A DNA stretch of 64,000 bases, taken from the sequence record NC_052659.1. The stretch is one strand, 5' to 3'. Below are positions 26,938-36,220 of the stretch, piece after piece; positions within the stretch are counted from its first letter, which is position 1, and the number at the start of each line of letters is the position of its first letter. This DNA comes from Escherichia phage nieznany. The position numbers and the translations under genes were made by a program. The notes beneath the pieces are model-generated. The model worked only from the letters and a program-made list of their open reading frames with translations, ran no database searches and was not told where the DNA came from.

Positions 26938-27149
26938 TTTTTCATGCCTTCTAAAACTTTAGCTTGCCCGTCTTGAAAAGCTTTCATCAGAACTATCTTA
27001 AGATTGACTTCCAAACGTTCTTCATCCTCTCTATAACAATCCAACACTGCTTTAAGTTCATCATAGTGGTTCAGAATAGGTTTAAAGATTTCATGATCTG
27101 CTAAACGTGCCATAGTTTCTCCTTTGTTAGTCCATCCACCAGTAGCCAT
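26934..27149 (-). CDS. hypothetical protein
   Basis: 71-aa ORF. Confidence 0.45.
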   Translation of the reverse strand: MATGGWTNKGETMARLADHEIFKPILNHYDELKAVLDCYREDEERLEVNLKIVLMKAFQDGQAKVLEGMKK

Positions 27150-27492
27150 AAACTGCGTCTGCGTCGATGAGTTTGTGTTTGTTGTTCCGCATGTAGTCTA
27201 AGATAAGTAGACGTTTATTGTATCTGGAGAGATTATGACCCTCTTTTCCGCCATAGTCAAAATATTTTGCAAGATCTTTACACTCAAACAAAATCAGTTC
27301 GGGAGTTTCTTCACACTGGTCTGTCTGGTACACTTGACGAATGATCATGTATACATCGTCGTCTTCCGCTAAATGCTCTACTGGTCCACATCCAGCAGGA
27401 ACAAATTCATAGTCCCATCTGATCAGATGTTTCTCTACTGCTTCAAAGAAATCCATCCTTTCATTGCGCATAATTTGAACGTCAACTAACAT
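27127..27492 (-). CDS. hypothetical protein
   Basis: 121-aa ORF. Confidence 0.45.
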   Translation of the reverse strand: MLVDVQIMRNERMDFFEAVEKHLIRWDYEFVPAGCGPVEHLAEDDDVYMIIRQVYQTDQCEETPELILFECKDLAKYFDYGGKEGHNLSRYNKRLLILDYMRNNKHKLIDADAVYGYWWMD

Positions 27493-28946
27493 GTTTCCTC
27501 CTCTCTCATTATTCCACCTGCTTGGTTGATAGCACTTAAGACGATAGCCAAATCCTCGCGCAGGAAGGTTTCACTATGACCATCTTTCATGTGCAAGCGT
27601 TCTACACAGCCAATAGACGGTAGAATCTGATCAGTCTTAGACTTTAGCTTACTCTCTAACGCCCTGCAAGCTTGGTAGGACGGCAGATCGAACAATGCTA
27701 TACGGCGCATAGAGTAATTGTTGTTTGCATTCTGCCCTTTGATCCTGATATCACTGTCCTTTGCAATCCCCAACTTGTAAGCTCCCGTGTCTTCTCCGTA
27801 CTCATCAAGAATAATATTGATGTAAAATTCTTGCATATTTCTGTTCTTACAGCCTGGACAACCTTTCCCATTGAGATAATCGGTAGGTGTGATCGTTTGC
27901 TCTCCATGCTCCCTACATAGATATTTAAACTTGCTGTTATTGCTTACCTTATCAATGAATCCTATAAATTGATCCCCTCGTTCCTGGCAAGCTTTGGTCA
28001 TACGGTAGGCCCATTGTTCAGGAGTGTAATGATAATATTTAGAACAACGGCAAGGAAGGCCACCCCTTTTCAAATGACTCATCTTCATCTCAAATTTATT
28101 ATCGCATAAGCCTTCTTTACAATAATCATCCTCTGCACATATAGGACATTCTACAATCCAGTAAACCTGACGACCTAATCTATCTACTCTATCGCTACGA
28201 TAATATTTACGCTCTACATTATCAGGACAAGCTTTTATAAAATCTTCAACATGTTGTTTATCCTCCATAGTATTCCTTTGTTTCGTCATTTCTCTTTGAC
28301 AACTGTAGCATCCAGTCCCTTGTTTAGCACTGTTTACAGTGGTAGTGCACCATTGACCATGAACCTTACACTCACAAATCAACTTAGTGCGGGAACCGTT
28401 CCACGGTTCCACATAGCCTCTAACAATCCAGGGTTTTTCTTTATAAGCTTCTTCTACTTCTTCTTTATGTTTCTCCCATGCAATCGATGTTCTTTCTCTG
28501 TTTGCTTCTCCCATACACTTCCTGCATCCACTCCCGTTTTTCGCAGAAGATATAGAAGTAGACCTCCACTCCCCATGTAAAGCACAACAACAAACCAGTT
28601 TAGTATTCCATCCTTTCCATTCTCCGTGCCATCCTGTAACAGTCCAAAACTTACCTGCCTGATTGTAAGTGGTTTGCACTTCTTCTTTATATTGCTCCCA
28701 GGTTTTTGATTTGTTTATAGATACTGCTTTACTTATAATCTCCCTACCGCATTCTGGACAACCCCTCCCTAGTTTAGCGGTATTTATGCTTGTTGTTTTC
28801 CATTCTCCATGCAGAGCACAGATGCATCTAAGTTTAGTTTTATTGCCGTTCCACGGCTCAATATAATCTACAACAGTCCAAGACTTACCTTGATAAGCTT
28901 GTTTTATATCTGTTTTATATTGTTCCCAAGTGACTATTTTTGGCAC
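27486..28946 (-). CDS. multi-repeat zinc-ribbon protein with C-terminal T5orf172 / GIY-YIG-like domain
   Basis: Three to four tandem repeats of about 60 aa (WEQYK..KL.C.C..HGEW.TT...AK.G.GC..C); C-terminal FYINIILDEYG..AYKLGIAKD..R resembles T5orf172 motif. Confidence 0.5.
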   Translation of the reverse strand: MPKIVTWEQYKTDIKQAYQGKSWTVVDYIEPWNGNKTKLRCICALHGEWKTTSINTAKLGRGCPECGREIISKAVSINKSKTWEQYKEEVQTTYNQAGKFWTVTGWHGEWKGWNTKLVCCCALHGEWRSTSISSAKNGSGCRKCMGEANRERTSIAWEKHKEEVEEAYKEKPWIVRGYVEPWNGSRTKLICECKVHGQWCTTTVNSAKQGTGCYSCQREMTKQRNTMEDKQHVEDFIKACPDNVERKYYRSDRVDRLGRQVYWIVECPICAEDDYCKEGLCDNKFEMKMSHLKRGGLPCRCSKYYHYTPEQWAYRMTKACQERGDQFIGFIDKVSNNSKFKYLCREHGEQTITPTDYLNGKGCPGCKNRNMQEFYINIILDEYGEDTGAYKLGIAKDSDIRIKGQNANNNYSMRRIALFDLPSYQACRALESKLKSKTDQILPSIGCVERLHMKDGHSETFLREDLAIVLSAINQAGGIMREEETC

Positions 28947-29007
28947 ACCTCCCCCTTTAGCTATTAGTGCGAGCCTACAACAAAAGAATAACTAAAATCC
29001 CTCCATA

Positions 29008-29032
29008 ACAAATGCCCCTTGCGGGGCATCTT
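29008..29032 (-). terminator. terminator candidate
   Basis: ATGCCCCTTGCGGGGCAT hairpin with T-rich flanks. Confidence 0.45.
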
Positions 29033-29034
29033 TA

Positions 29035-30174
29035 TTAGAACACGCTACCAAGTGTAGTGGAACGTTGTGTTACAGGCTCCAGCACCACTCGCAAAGTGTT
29101 TCCTGGTGTAGTGCTCATAACCAGAATCTTACCACCTTCAATCAGATCACAAGTTAGACCATCAGCCGTTGCACATAGATCAATATGTGGATCACCATCT
29201 TCATCCAGGATAACATAACTGTTGGTTTCCATTGCTTCCACTTCATCATCTTTCAAACTTTGTAGATAGATGTTCAGGGAACAAGCACCCGACAAAAACT
29301 TAGTAGGGGTGAAGTCGTGCCAGTTATTGATCCAATTCACCTTCAAGGTTTTGCCATTAGCTACGATAGAAGCCACATTCCATTTAGCATCGTTCCCTAA
29401 AGAAATACCCATCATTTCAAGACATTCTTTAAAAGTCATTTTTGGATAGAAATTCAATTCTTCTACAATGCCTTGAATAACATCGAAAGACAACTCTGTG
29501 CTAACATCCCATAAACGTTGGAAGTTATCTACGTGCTTTTTATTTACCAAGTTCTTATCCAAGTAATCTAACATAGTTTCACTAGACAGTTTATCGTAAT
29601 TGAAACTGTAGTAGATACGACTAGGACGGTTTACAAAATATTCCGAGATATAACCACTATTTTTAGTGAGGATGTAAAGTTTATTCCCACTTCCTGTTCC
29701 ATCCAACAAGGTCAACAGTGCTTCCTGATCTTCTTTCTTAGCGTACACTTTATCAAATTCGTCAAATAAAACAACAGCACGATCTGTAATTTTACTCATA
29801 AATTCTAAGAAGCCAGCATCTGTGTAAGGCTGTGTAACCAAAATGGTTGGAATACCTAAACCTTCTGTGGACATTAGAGACATGCTAATCAGTTTAGCTA
29901 ACATCGTCTTACCACTGCCTTTTGTCCCTGTCAGTAACACCCCAGTATTTTTACCTTCTTTACTACGACGAGCAAATGTTTTAATAACATGTGCGGCGCG
30001 ATTTTTAGTTTCCCCATAAAGAGTGTTCGGAAGAGAGAAACTTTCACCACGCACTAAAGAGTAGTTACCGTGCGGATCGCAGTTGACAACCCAAACTCCA
30101 GCAGGAAGTTTATTAGCTTCAACGCCATATTCCTTATTTACAACAGCTACATCTCCAAAAATAGTGTATTTCAT
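29035..30174 (-). CDS. AAA+ family ATPase
   Basis: Walker A GTKGSGKT and Walker B VVLFDEFD. Confidence 0.6.
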   Translation of the reverse strand: MKYTIFGDVAVVNKEYGVEANKLPAGVWVVNCDPHGNYSLVRGESFSLPNTLYGETKNRAAHVIKTFARRSKEGKNTGVLLTGTKGSGKTMLAKLISMSLMSTEGLGIPTILVTQPYTDAGFLEFMSKITDRAVVLFDEFDKVYAKKEDQEALLTLLDGTGSGNKLYILTKNSGYISEYFVNRPSRIYYSFNYDKLSSETMLDYLDKNLVNKKHVDNFQRLWDVSTELSFDVIQGIVEELNFYPKMTFKECLEMMGISLGNDAKWNVASIVANGKTLKVNWINNWHDFTPTKFLSGACSLNIYLQSLKDDEVEAMETNSYVILDEDGDPHIDLCATADGLTCDLIEGGKILVMSTTPGNTLRVVLEPVTQRSTTLGSVF

Positions 30175-30530
30175 TAGAACGTTTCTCCTTTTAAAATAAT
30201 TACTGTAAACTTTGCAGTTTTTTCACTCTTAATATTCTTGACTAATAAGTATTCTCCTCCAGGGGCATCTTTGTATTGTTTAATAGCTACTATTTCATTT
30301 TTGCAAGTAGCTATAATCGAATAAAAAGGACGTTCCGTGTTATCTTCTTTTCCCGTATATGCCTCAACATCTTTACACTCTTCTAGAACACCATTCCCAG
30401 GTGTATAGTAAAACTTGTTGCCTGTGATCACAACATCTTTACCAATATCTGTTTTAACTGCTACAAATTTTTGAGCGTAAGTGGTGAAGCTTACGGTAGC
30501 CAGCAATGTGGCTAAGATTAGTTTTTTCAT
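30174..30530 (-). CDS. secreted protein with signal peptide
   Basis: Start at MKKLILATLLATVSFTTYAQ (internal ATG 30530) after GGAGGG RBS. Confidence 0.5.
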   Translation of the reverse strand: MKKLILATLLATVSFTTYAQKFVAVKTDIGKDVVITGNKFYYTPGNGVLEECKDVEAYTGKEDNTERPFYSIIATCKNEIVAIKQYKDAPGGEYLLVKNIKSEKTAKFTVIILKGETF

Positions 30531-30541
30531 AAACTTCCCTC

Positions 30542-30706
30542 CTATTCCCACAACATACAAATCGCAGCGACAAACATATTAGCAATAGCCGCACCAAGAA
30601 CTATAAACATCGCCAGTTCAGAACAATATTCACCAACCAAAGGGGATACTATTGCACAGAGTAACCCCAATGTCAAACACAAGTTGATGATGAAGTTTAA
30701 AATCAT
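30542..30706 (-). CDS. micro membrane protein (54 aa)
   Basis: ATG after GGAGAG; hydrophobic throughout. Confidence 0.3.
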   Translation of the reverse strand: MILNFIINLCLTLGLLCAIVSPLVGEYCSELAMFIVLGAAIANMFVAAICMLWE

Positions 30707-30715
30707 ATTCTCTCC

Positions 30716-30907
30716 TTACAACCAACCTTTTGCCTGATAGCCTTTAGAAAATCCATCTTCCCATTCTTCGAATTCCTTTTTGTGTGTCATTGGACAATAT
30801 GGATTTACTTTATTAAACATACCAAACTTGAACCCTGCGGTATACCCCTTCTTAAAAGCTATTGATTCTAAAGAGATCATATTCTTTCTCCTCTTAGAAC
30901 TCGACAA
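30716..30907 (-). CDS. hypothetical protein
   Basis: 63-aa ORF. Confidence 0.4.
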   Translation of the reverse strand: MSSSKRRKNMISLESIAFKKGYTAGFKFGMFNKVNPYCPMTHKKEFEEWEDGFSKGYQAKGWL

Positions 30908-31145
30908 TGATTTTGTCTAAGTGTTCTGCTTCAACTTGGGATAATGTTAACACCTGCACCAAACCTCTGTCAATACCAATTTTAATGACTTGCAAATAAT
31001 CACCAAAAAGATCTGATAAAGAAATAGCATGTTCCGTAACTACAATAACTTCATTACCTTTAGTGTATTCTTTCCACACCCGACCACATTTATAAATGTA
31101 ATCTTTTTGATCTTCAGTAATCATTTTAGGTTTGATACTTAGCAT
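30894..31145 (-). CDS. hypothetical protein
   Basis: 83-aa ORF. Confidence 0.45.
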   Translation of the reverse strand: MLSIKPKMITEDQKDYIYKCGRVWKEYTKGNEVIVVTEHAISLSDLFGDYLQVIKIGIDRGLVQVLTLSQVEAEHLDKIIVEF

Positions 31146-31501
31146 TAAAGACTCCCGTATTCTGGTTCAATATTATGTTTACGACAAATAGTATCCCAAC
31201 GTTCATTACCAAAACTTCTTCCATGTAGAGCGTTAAATGCGAAATGCTCTGCCAACCACAATACTACATCATCAGGATCTGTGTCAAGAGGAATTCTAAA
31301 CTCTCGATCATAACGCATACGCAGAATAAAATCCTTATCATCTTCAAGGAGATACATGTGACTTTTAGCCCGTGATGCCAAATCAAAGAAAGGAGGCTCG
31401 TCTTTCCAAACGTGACGCTCAACTTCAACACCATGATCAACTACCAGAGTAGCGATCACCTCTCTCATTTCTTTACTAAACATATTACCTCCATTAACCA
31501 A
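31145..31501 (-). CDS. hypothetical protein
   Basis: 118-aa ORF. Confidence 0.5.
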   Translation of the reverse strand: MVNGGNMFSKEMREVIATLVVDHGVEVERHVWKDEPPFFDLASRAKSHMYLLEDDKDFILRMRYDREFRIPLDTDPDDVVLWLAEHFAFNALHGRSFGNERWDTICRKHNIEPEYGSL

Positions 31502-31682
31502 TTAGTTCAACCGATTTGCAAATGTAGATCCAAACTGGAGTGAGCATAAGAGCTATACCGAATGCACAATTCCACTTAATTCCCATTTCCTCTATTAGAG
31601 ACATGATTAAGCCAACAGCACTAATAATCAGATAGATCCCTAAGAAAGCCATTGTGAAGAATTCAGACATATTTAGCTCCAA
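31494..31682 (-). CDS. small membrane protein
   Basis: 62 aa, two hydrophobic segments. Confidence 0.4.
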   Translation of the reverse strand: MELNMSEFFTMAFLGIYLIISAVGLIMSLIEEMGIKWNCAFGIALMLTPVWIYICKSVELIG

Positions 31683-32032
31683 AGATTATCAAAATAATTA
31701 GCGAATAAAAGACGGCCTTCTAATCGTGCCTTCCTTTGATCTTCAGCATACACGATTTCTGGATTACCACTATCAATAAAAGCATTCTCCATCTTTTCTA
31801 AAATATTTAACCACTCTCTTCTACCTGTCTCCTCTTCTTCATCTGTATACGGCGCACTTCTATTTGGATACAAAACACGCATCAGTTTAGTTGGGATCAT
31901 GACAAACGTGCTATTGTTTGCCTTCTCACGGAAGGCTTTAATTCCTGCATAGATTACCTTCCCCAAAGCTGCATCCAAATCCATCAGGTCACTTTCTTCT
32001 ATTTGAATTTCATCGTGTACAATTTTCATCAT
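31673..32032 (-). CDS. hypothetical protein
   Basis: 119-aa ORF. Confidence 0.5.
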   Translation of the reverse strand: MMKIVHDEIQIEESDLMDLDAALGKVIYAGIKAFREKANNSTFVMIPTKLMRVLYPNRSAPYTDEEEETGRREWLNILEKMENAFIDSGNPEIVYAEDQRKARLEGRLLFANYFDNLWS

Positions 32033-32313
32033 GCCTTCTCCCGATCTGCATCCAATTTCAACAAGAAGGTTGCATACTCTTCTGAGCCTTGATGCAAGAA
32101 CATACGATAAGAACTTACCAGTTTCTTCGTTGTCGTATAACGTTCCATTTCCCCAACAACACCTCCACCTAGTGTGTAGAGCACAATACCTTCAACTCCA
32201 ACATGGGTTACTACTTCAACCAAATCTCTGTTATCCCAATAGTAGTTAGGTGACACAATAAGATCTCCCACTGCCAGTTTAATGTTTGCTACTTCGTCTT
32301 GTGAATAGTACAT
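32029..32313 (-). CDS. hypothetical protein
   Basis: 94-aa ORF. Confidence 0.45.
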   Translation of the reverse strand: MYYSQDEVANIKLAVGDLIVSPNYYWDNRDLVEVVTHVGVEGIVLYTLGGGVVGEMERYTTTKKLVSSYRMFLHQGSEEYATFLLKLDADREKA

Positions 32314-32325
32314 TTTGTTCTCCTC

Positions 32326-32619
32326 TCACATTAAGACACGTTTTGTATCGATAGGTGCATTATCAAACATGTTAAGAACATTGTCAAGCAGTTTTACTAA
32401 TTCATTTGTAATTTGTTCTTTTGAACGGGAGGAAGTGAGCACTTTGCTTTCACCAACGATATGCATAACTTTTATAGGGGCATCTAAAATAATGTTGTGT
32501 TGACGATCCTCTTCAAAAGAAGCCAACCATTTCTCATTGTTACCGTGCAAGGCTACAATCACACCAAAACCGTTAATTGTTTCAGAAATATTCTTAGTTG
32601 CTAAAGTAATGTTCATCAT
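32326..32619 (-). CDS. hypothetical protein (first gene of leftward block)
   Basis: 97-aa ORF. Confidence 0.45.
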   Translation of the reverse strand: MMNITLATKNISETINGFGVIVALHGNNEKWLASFEEDRQHNIILDAPIKVMHIVGESKVLTSSRSKEQITNELVKLLDNVLNMFDNAPIDTKRVLM

Positions 32620-32674
32620 CTACCTCTCTTGTTAATGTTCATACATGATACCTGAAAATAATTTCAGATCAAGT

Positions 32675-32702
32675 ATTGACATACTTTTTAATCTTGTTAA
32701 GA
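32675..32702 (+). promoter_or_regulatory. sigma70-like promoter TTGACA-N16-TAAGAT for rightward block
   Basis: Located in divergent intergenic region 32620-32733. Confidence 0.5.
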
Positions 32703-32733
32703 TCAACTCCTACCAAACAAAAGGAGAAAACAA

Positions 32734-33177
32734 ATGCAAAACATCCAAAACATCAAACTGACTTGGCCCGAAGCTAAAGAAGCAATGAAGGAAGGTAGAC
32801 GTGTTGAGCACCGCCATTTTTGTGGTGGCGAATGGTTTGAGATGCGAGATGGTGTTATTCTCGACGAACAAGGTTATAACATGGAAACTTGGTTCAGAGG
32901 GGAAGCTTGGCAGGAAGAGGGTTGGTCTGTAATTGAAAAAGAAGACAGTAAGGAAGAAGGCGTGTTGTCTAATGTAGAACGCGAGATGAGGGAAACAAAG
33001 ATACCTGCTTTGGATTTTGTATACCTGGAAGAACTTGTGGCAGCATCTTTTGTAGCAGGAAACCTTTGGAATACACCTGTTAGCCGACTGGAGAACCAAA
33101 ATAACCCGTCTACTCGTAATCACAAGCTTTATAAGGGTAAAGGCCACAACAAATTAAAGAAAGGAAAGAAGAAATGA
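32734..33177 (+). CDS. DUF2829 / Tad2-like domain protein with Lys-rich tail (tentative)
   Basis: N-terminal W.EAKEAMKEGRRV..RHFCGGEWFEM..G..DEQGY...W resembles DUF2829 pattern; recalled similarity only. Confidence 0.35.
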   Translation: MQNIQNIKLTWPEAKEAMKEGRRVEHRHFCGGEWFEMRDGVILDEQGYNMETWFRGEAWQEEGWSVIEKEDSKEEGVLSNVEREMRETKIPALDFVYLEELVAASFVAGNLWNTPVSRLENQNNPSTRNHKLYKGKGHNKLKKGKKK

Positions 33178-33320
33178 TCTACAAAAACAAGTTCACTGGT
33201 TGTCTTCGTAAATTTATCGATAAGAAAGGGTATGTTTCTCTTGACAACGGGGCTACATGGATAGAGAATGGCGCTTCAGAACAATTGATTAAAGCTTTGC
33301 CTTACTACGAGGAGGTTTAA
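33174..33320 (+). CDS. micro-protein (48 aa)
   Basis: ATG overlapping upstream stop (ATGA). Confidence 0.35.
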   Translation: MIYKNKFTGCLRKFIDKKGYVSLDNGATWIENGASEQLIKALPYYEEV

Positions 33321-33644
33321 ATGTCAAACAGTCTGTTTAGCGTGTCAATTGCACCACGTGTCAATATCCGTTGTCAGTTTGTTACTTTACCTGGTGTAAC
33401 GCATATCACATTAGAATACGATCCTCGCTCACGAGACAACCCAATCACAGGGAAAATTGATTGTGCTTATGGAGACTTTGTTATGGATCACCAAACCCTC
33501 TTATGCTGTGTGCAACGCTTACAGGCAGGATCTTTATACATCTTTAAGAAAACAGTGTTCCAAGAGATTGCTCAAGCAGTTGAAAGCGGTATGGAGACTC
33601 TTAACGTTATGATTGAAGCAGCCAACCAGAAGGAGGTTTTATGA
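33321..33644 (+). CDS. hypothetical protein
   Basis: 107-aa ORF, GAGGAGG RBS. Confidence 0.45.
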   Translation: MSNSLFSVSIAPRVNIRCQFVTLPGVTHITLEYDPRSRDNPITGKIDCAYGDFVMDHQTLLCCVQRLQAGSLYIFKKTVFQEIAQAVESGMETLNVMIEAANQKEVL

Positions 33645-33898
33645 CACTTTATCACGTAACCACTGAAGGCGATACCGAAGGTCGTACTACGAAAGATTTA
33701 GGGTATGTTGAAGCAGATTCCCCTGAACACGCAATTAATTATTTGCATTCCATCGGTAAATATGCGACTTATGAATATACTATCTACAAGGTTGAAGTTA
33801 GCCCTATACAAGTGGCAACTCCTATGGTAGAGTTGAAACATCTTAAGGCAAAAGTAAGACCTGGTATAGTGTCCGATTACAAAGGGGAAGTAAAGTGA
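33641..33898 (+). CDS. hypothetical protein
   Basis: 85-aa ORF, coupled start. Confidence 0.45.
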   Translation: MTLYHVTTEGDTEGRTTKDLGYVEADSPEHAINYLHSIGKYATYEYTIYKVEVSPIQVATPMVELKHLKAKVRPGIVSDYKGEVK

Positions 33899-34107
33899 GT
33901 GGATGGATTAAAGTATCTGGTACCGAGGATGTTCCTATCGGAGAGTGGCTTGTAATCATGGCAAACGGCAAGAAGGGATTCTGTGAAGTTAACAAAACAC
34001 GCAATGGCACGATAGCTGTTATCAATGGTCATTTTTATTTTGACTTGGCACCTGTGATCGCATACCATGCACTACCAACATATAAAGAGGAGATTAACAA
34101 TGGCTAA
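33895..34107 (+). CDS. hypothetical protein
   Basis: 70-aa ORF. Confidence 0.45.
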   Translation: MSGWIKVSGTEDVPIGEWLVIMANGKKGFCEVNKTRNGTIAVINGHFYFDLAPVIAYHALPTYKEEINNG

Positions 34108-34423
34108 CAAAGAACCACATGTATACACTGCACTGGTAAAGCACTTGAACAAAGAACGTAACAAGATCATTGCAGATTATCGTAAATTTAAACGTAGTAG
34201 TCTAAATCGTAAATACATGCCACATGCAGCTTTTGACGCTACACGTGCAGTATTTCGTGCAAAGATTGCGGAAATGGATAATCTGCTTAAGCTTGCACGA
34301 TTATCTATTCAGGCATCCAAAGTAACAGGGGTCACTCACTTCTTTGACTTCGATACTAAAGCACTATATGCACCAGAAGCAGGTGAACAATTGATTTCTC
34401 TACTTACCAAAAATAAGTGTTGA
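34100..34423 (+). CDS. hypothetical protein
   Basis: Start at ATG 34100 after AAGAGGAG RBS. Confidence 0.45.
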   Translation: MANKEPHVYTALVKHLNKERNKIIADYRKFKRSSLNRKYMPHAAFDATRAVFRAKIAEMDNLLKLARLSIQASKVTGVTHFFDFDTKALYAPEAGEQLISLLTKNKC

Positions 34424-34480
34424 CTTTTTTCAAAAAATATGCTACCCTAACCCCGAAGGGTCGAGCGATAGCGAGTATAG
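34420..34480 (+). repeat. about 60-bp repeated element (copy 2) with promoter-like TTGACT-N17-TACCCT and CGAGCGATAGCGAGTA box
   Basis: Near-identical to 7458-7520. Confidence 0.45.
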
Positions 34481-34592
34481 ATTATGTAATAGATTAATCT
34501 CTATCGTTAGATGTTCGAAGAACAGAGATTTAAGTACTTGTTCTTATCGGTAGATGATCGTAAGATCAAGAACAATAATAGGAGAGTGTGTT

Positions 34593-34790
34593 ATGTTAGT
34601 CAGTGAAATACTACCTGACTCTAATGGTAATCAGATCACTGTTGATTGGTTTCCTGGTACTGGTACACTAGATCTAACTGCTGAATGGTCTGGTGATATT
34701 TATGGAGAAGGTGTATTATCATTATCTACAGAACAAATGATCATCCTTCGTGACTTCTTAATTAGTTTAGATCTAGGAGAAAACAAATGA
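34593..34790 (+). CDS. hypothetical protein
   Basis: Start at ATG 34593 after TAGGAGAG RBS. Confidence 0.4.
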   Translation: MLVSEILPDSNGNQITVDWFPGTGTLDLTAEWSGDIYGEGVLSLSTEQMIILRDFLISLDLGENK

Positions 34791-35056
34791 GTAAGACTTC
34801 TATCGAGTTTATCGAGAAATCCCCTGTTCCAAAATTATATCGTTTAGATGAAATTGAACCTATGTCTGTTTTCTACTACTACGATTCAGAAGTAAGTGAA
34901 CAAGAACGGGACTACTACTTAGCTACAGATACAGGTGCAGTGTGCTTAACAGGTTCTCGTGCAGGAGAATACATTGTGACTAGTCGTTTTAATGAAGCAG
35001 ACTACTGTTGGGCTAAGGTTGAAACTAAGATTGTCATCAACATCACTAATCATTAA
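34787..35056 (+). CDS. hypothetical protein
   Basis: 89-aa ORF. Confidence 0.45.
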   Translation: MSKTSIEFIEKSPVPKLYRLDEIEPMSVFYYYDSEVSEQERDYYLATDTGAVCLTGSRAGEYIVTSRFNEADYCWAKVETKIVINITNH

Positions 35057-35078
35057 GACTAATCTGACAAAGAGTTAC

Positions 35079-35107
35079 TTGACATGTGCAAAGCTCTTTG
35101 TGTAGAA
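35079..35107 (+). promoter_or_regulatory. promoter TTGACA-N18-TAGAAT with -35 embedded in 8-bp inverted repeat
   Basis: ACAAAGAG (35067-35074) and CTCTTTGT (35094-35101) flank the -35 hexamer. Confidence 0.45.
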
Positions 35108-35138
35108 TAAAGATTCACTTACTAAGGAGATTTTATAA

Positions 35139-35336
35139 ATGGCTACAAAGAAACAGAAAATGAAATGTCTTACTCTCACTGAACTGGGTCAAGCTTCCAA
35201 CTGCGTTACTGTTGGTAAGATTTATTCTACAGTTCTTGATAAAGACAACAACAGTTTTACTTTCAAAGATGATAACGGAAACCCTCAAGTTGGAATCTAC
35301 CCTTCCTGTGCTTTTGGTACTTGGGAAAAAGTGTAA
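35139..35336 (+). CDS. hypothetical protein
   Basis: 65-aa ORF after TAAGGAGA RBS. Confidence 0.45.
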   Translation: MATKKQKMKCLTLTELGQASNCVTVGKIYSTVLDKDNNSFTFKDDNGNPQVGIYPSCAFGTWEKV

Positions 35337-35379
35337 CTAATTAGAGGGTATACTTGTAAACAAGATTAAGGAGGCATTT

Positions 35380-35553
35380 ATGGGAGATAAACAAAGTAAC
35401 ATCCGTTACGCGCTTTATGGAAGAATGGGTGCAGATTGTGAATGGATGCTTCTGTCGCAACGTATACCCTCTTACAAAGAGGCTCTTGAAAAAAGAGACT
35501 ACTACAAACAAACATGGCGTTTTGTCATTTGTAAACACTATTTGGAGGCGTGA
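35380..35553 (+). CDS. micro-protein (57 aa)
   Basis: ATG after TTAAGGAGG; preferred over overlapping track ORF 35417..35641. Confidence 0.4.
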   Translation: MGDKQSNIRYALYGRMGADCEWMLLSQRIPSYKEALEKRDYYKQTWRFVICKHYLEA

Positions 35554-35861
35554 TGAGTACATTATCATTAGCAGTTACGGTGCACCAGTATTACGAAGAA
35601 GCTGTAAAAGATTCAGAAAATCCATCTACATTAGTATTTGAAGATCGGACTGGTCTTAAATGGGTAGAATCTTGTGGTGAACTTTACTTTTGGTATCCAC
35701 AAGGTTGCACAAGTAATTCTAATTTGTATAGTTATGAACTGGAGTATCGTGCGCCTGTAGACGAAGATGATAATTACATCATGTATTATGTTAATAATGG
35801 TTGCGGTGAAATGTTTAATGTAGTATTCTCTAAAGCCTTGAAGTCCGACGAGGAGATGTGA
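35553..35861 (+). CDS. hypothetical protein
   Basis: ATG 35553 after GGAGG, overlapping upstream stop. Confidence 0.45.
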   Translation: MSTLSLAVTVHQYYEEAVKDSENPSTLVFEDRTGLKWVESCGELYFWYPQGCTSNSNLYSYELEYRAPVDEDDNYIMYYVNNGCGEMFNVVFSKALKSDEEM

Positions 35862-36220
35862 TGAGAAAAGTGCTGTTTGCCTTGCTGTTATTAGCCTCTG
35901 CTGGTGTTTTTGCTCGTGACGGCTTTAAGGTTGGGGCAGATCGCACTAAATTCTTCACATGGTTCGGAGGTGAAGCACTTTACCAAGACGGTAAAGATAA
36001 AATAAAATGTAAGTATGTAGAAACATTAAAAGGTGTGGATGATTGGGGTGATGCTTATCAAGCAACAGGCTTCTCTTGTAAGAAACACCTTTACATTGTA
36101 GTAAAAGAGTTTCAAGATATAAATAAACAACTTTTTATTTTAGTAGATCCTAGCAAATTTGATGAACGGACAGCTTATGAAGTTGACATGTTCTTAGAAT
36201 ACAAGAAGGAGGAAAAATGA
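35858..36220 (+). CDS. secreted protein with signal peptide
   Basis: MMRKVLFALLLLASAGVFA N-terminus. Confidence 0.5.
   Translation: MMRKVLFALLLLASAGVFARDGFKVGADRTKFFTWFGGEALYQDGKDKIKCKYVETLKGVDDWGDAYQATGFSCKKHLYIVVKEFQDINKQLFILVDPSKFDERTAYEVDMFLEYKKEEK

Noticed and set aside
35417-35641. 74-aa track ORF overlapping two genes
   Set aside because: Alternative frames 35380..35553 and 35553..35861 each have strong AGGAGG-type RBS and coupled stop/start.
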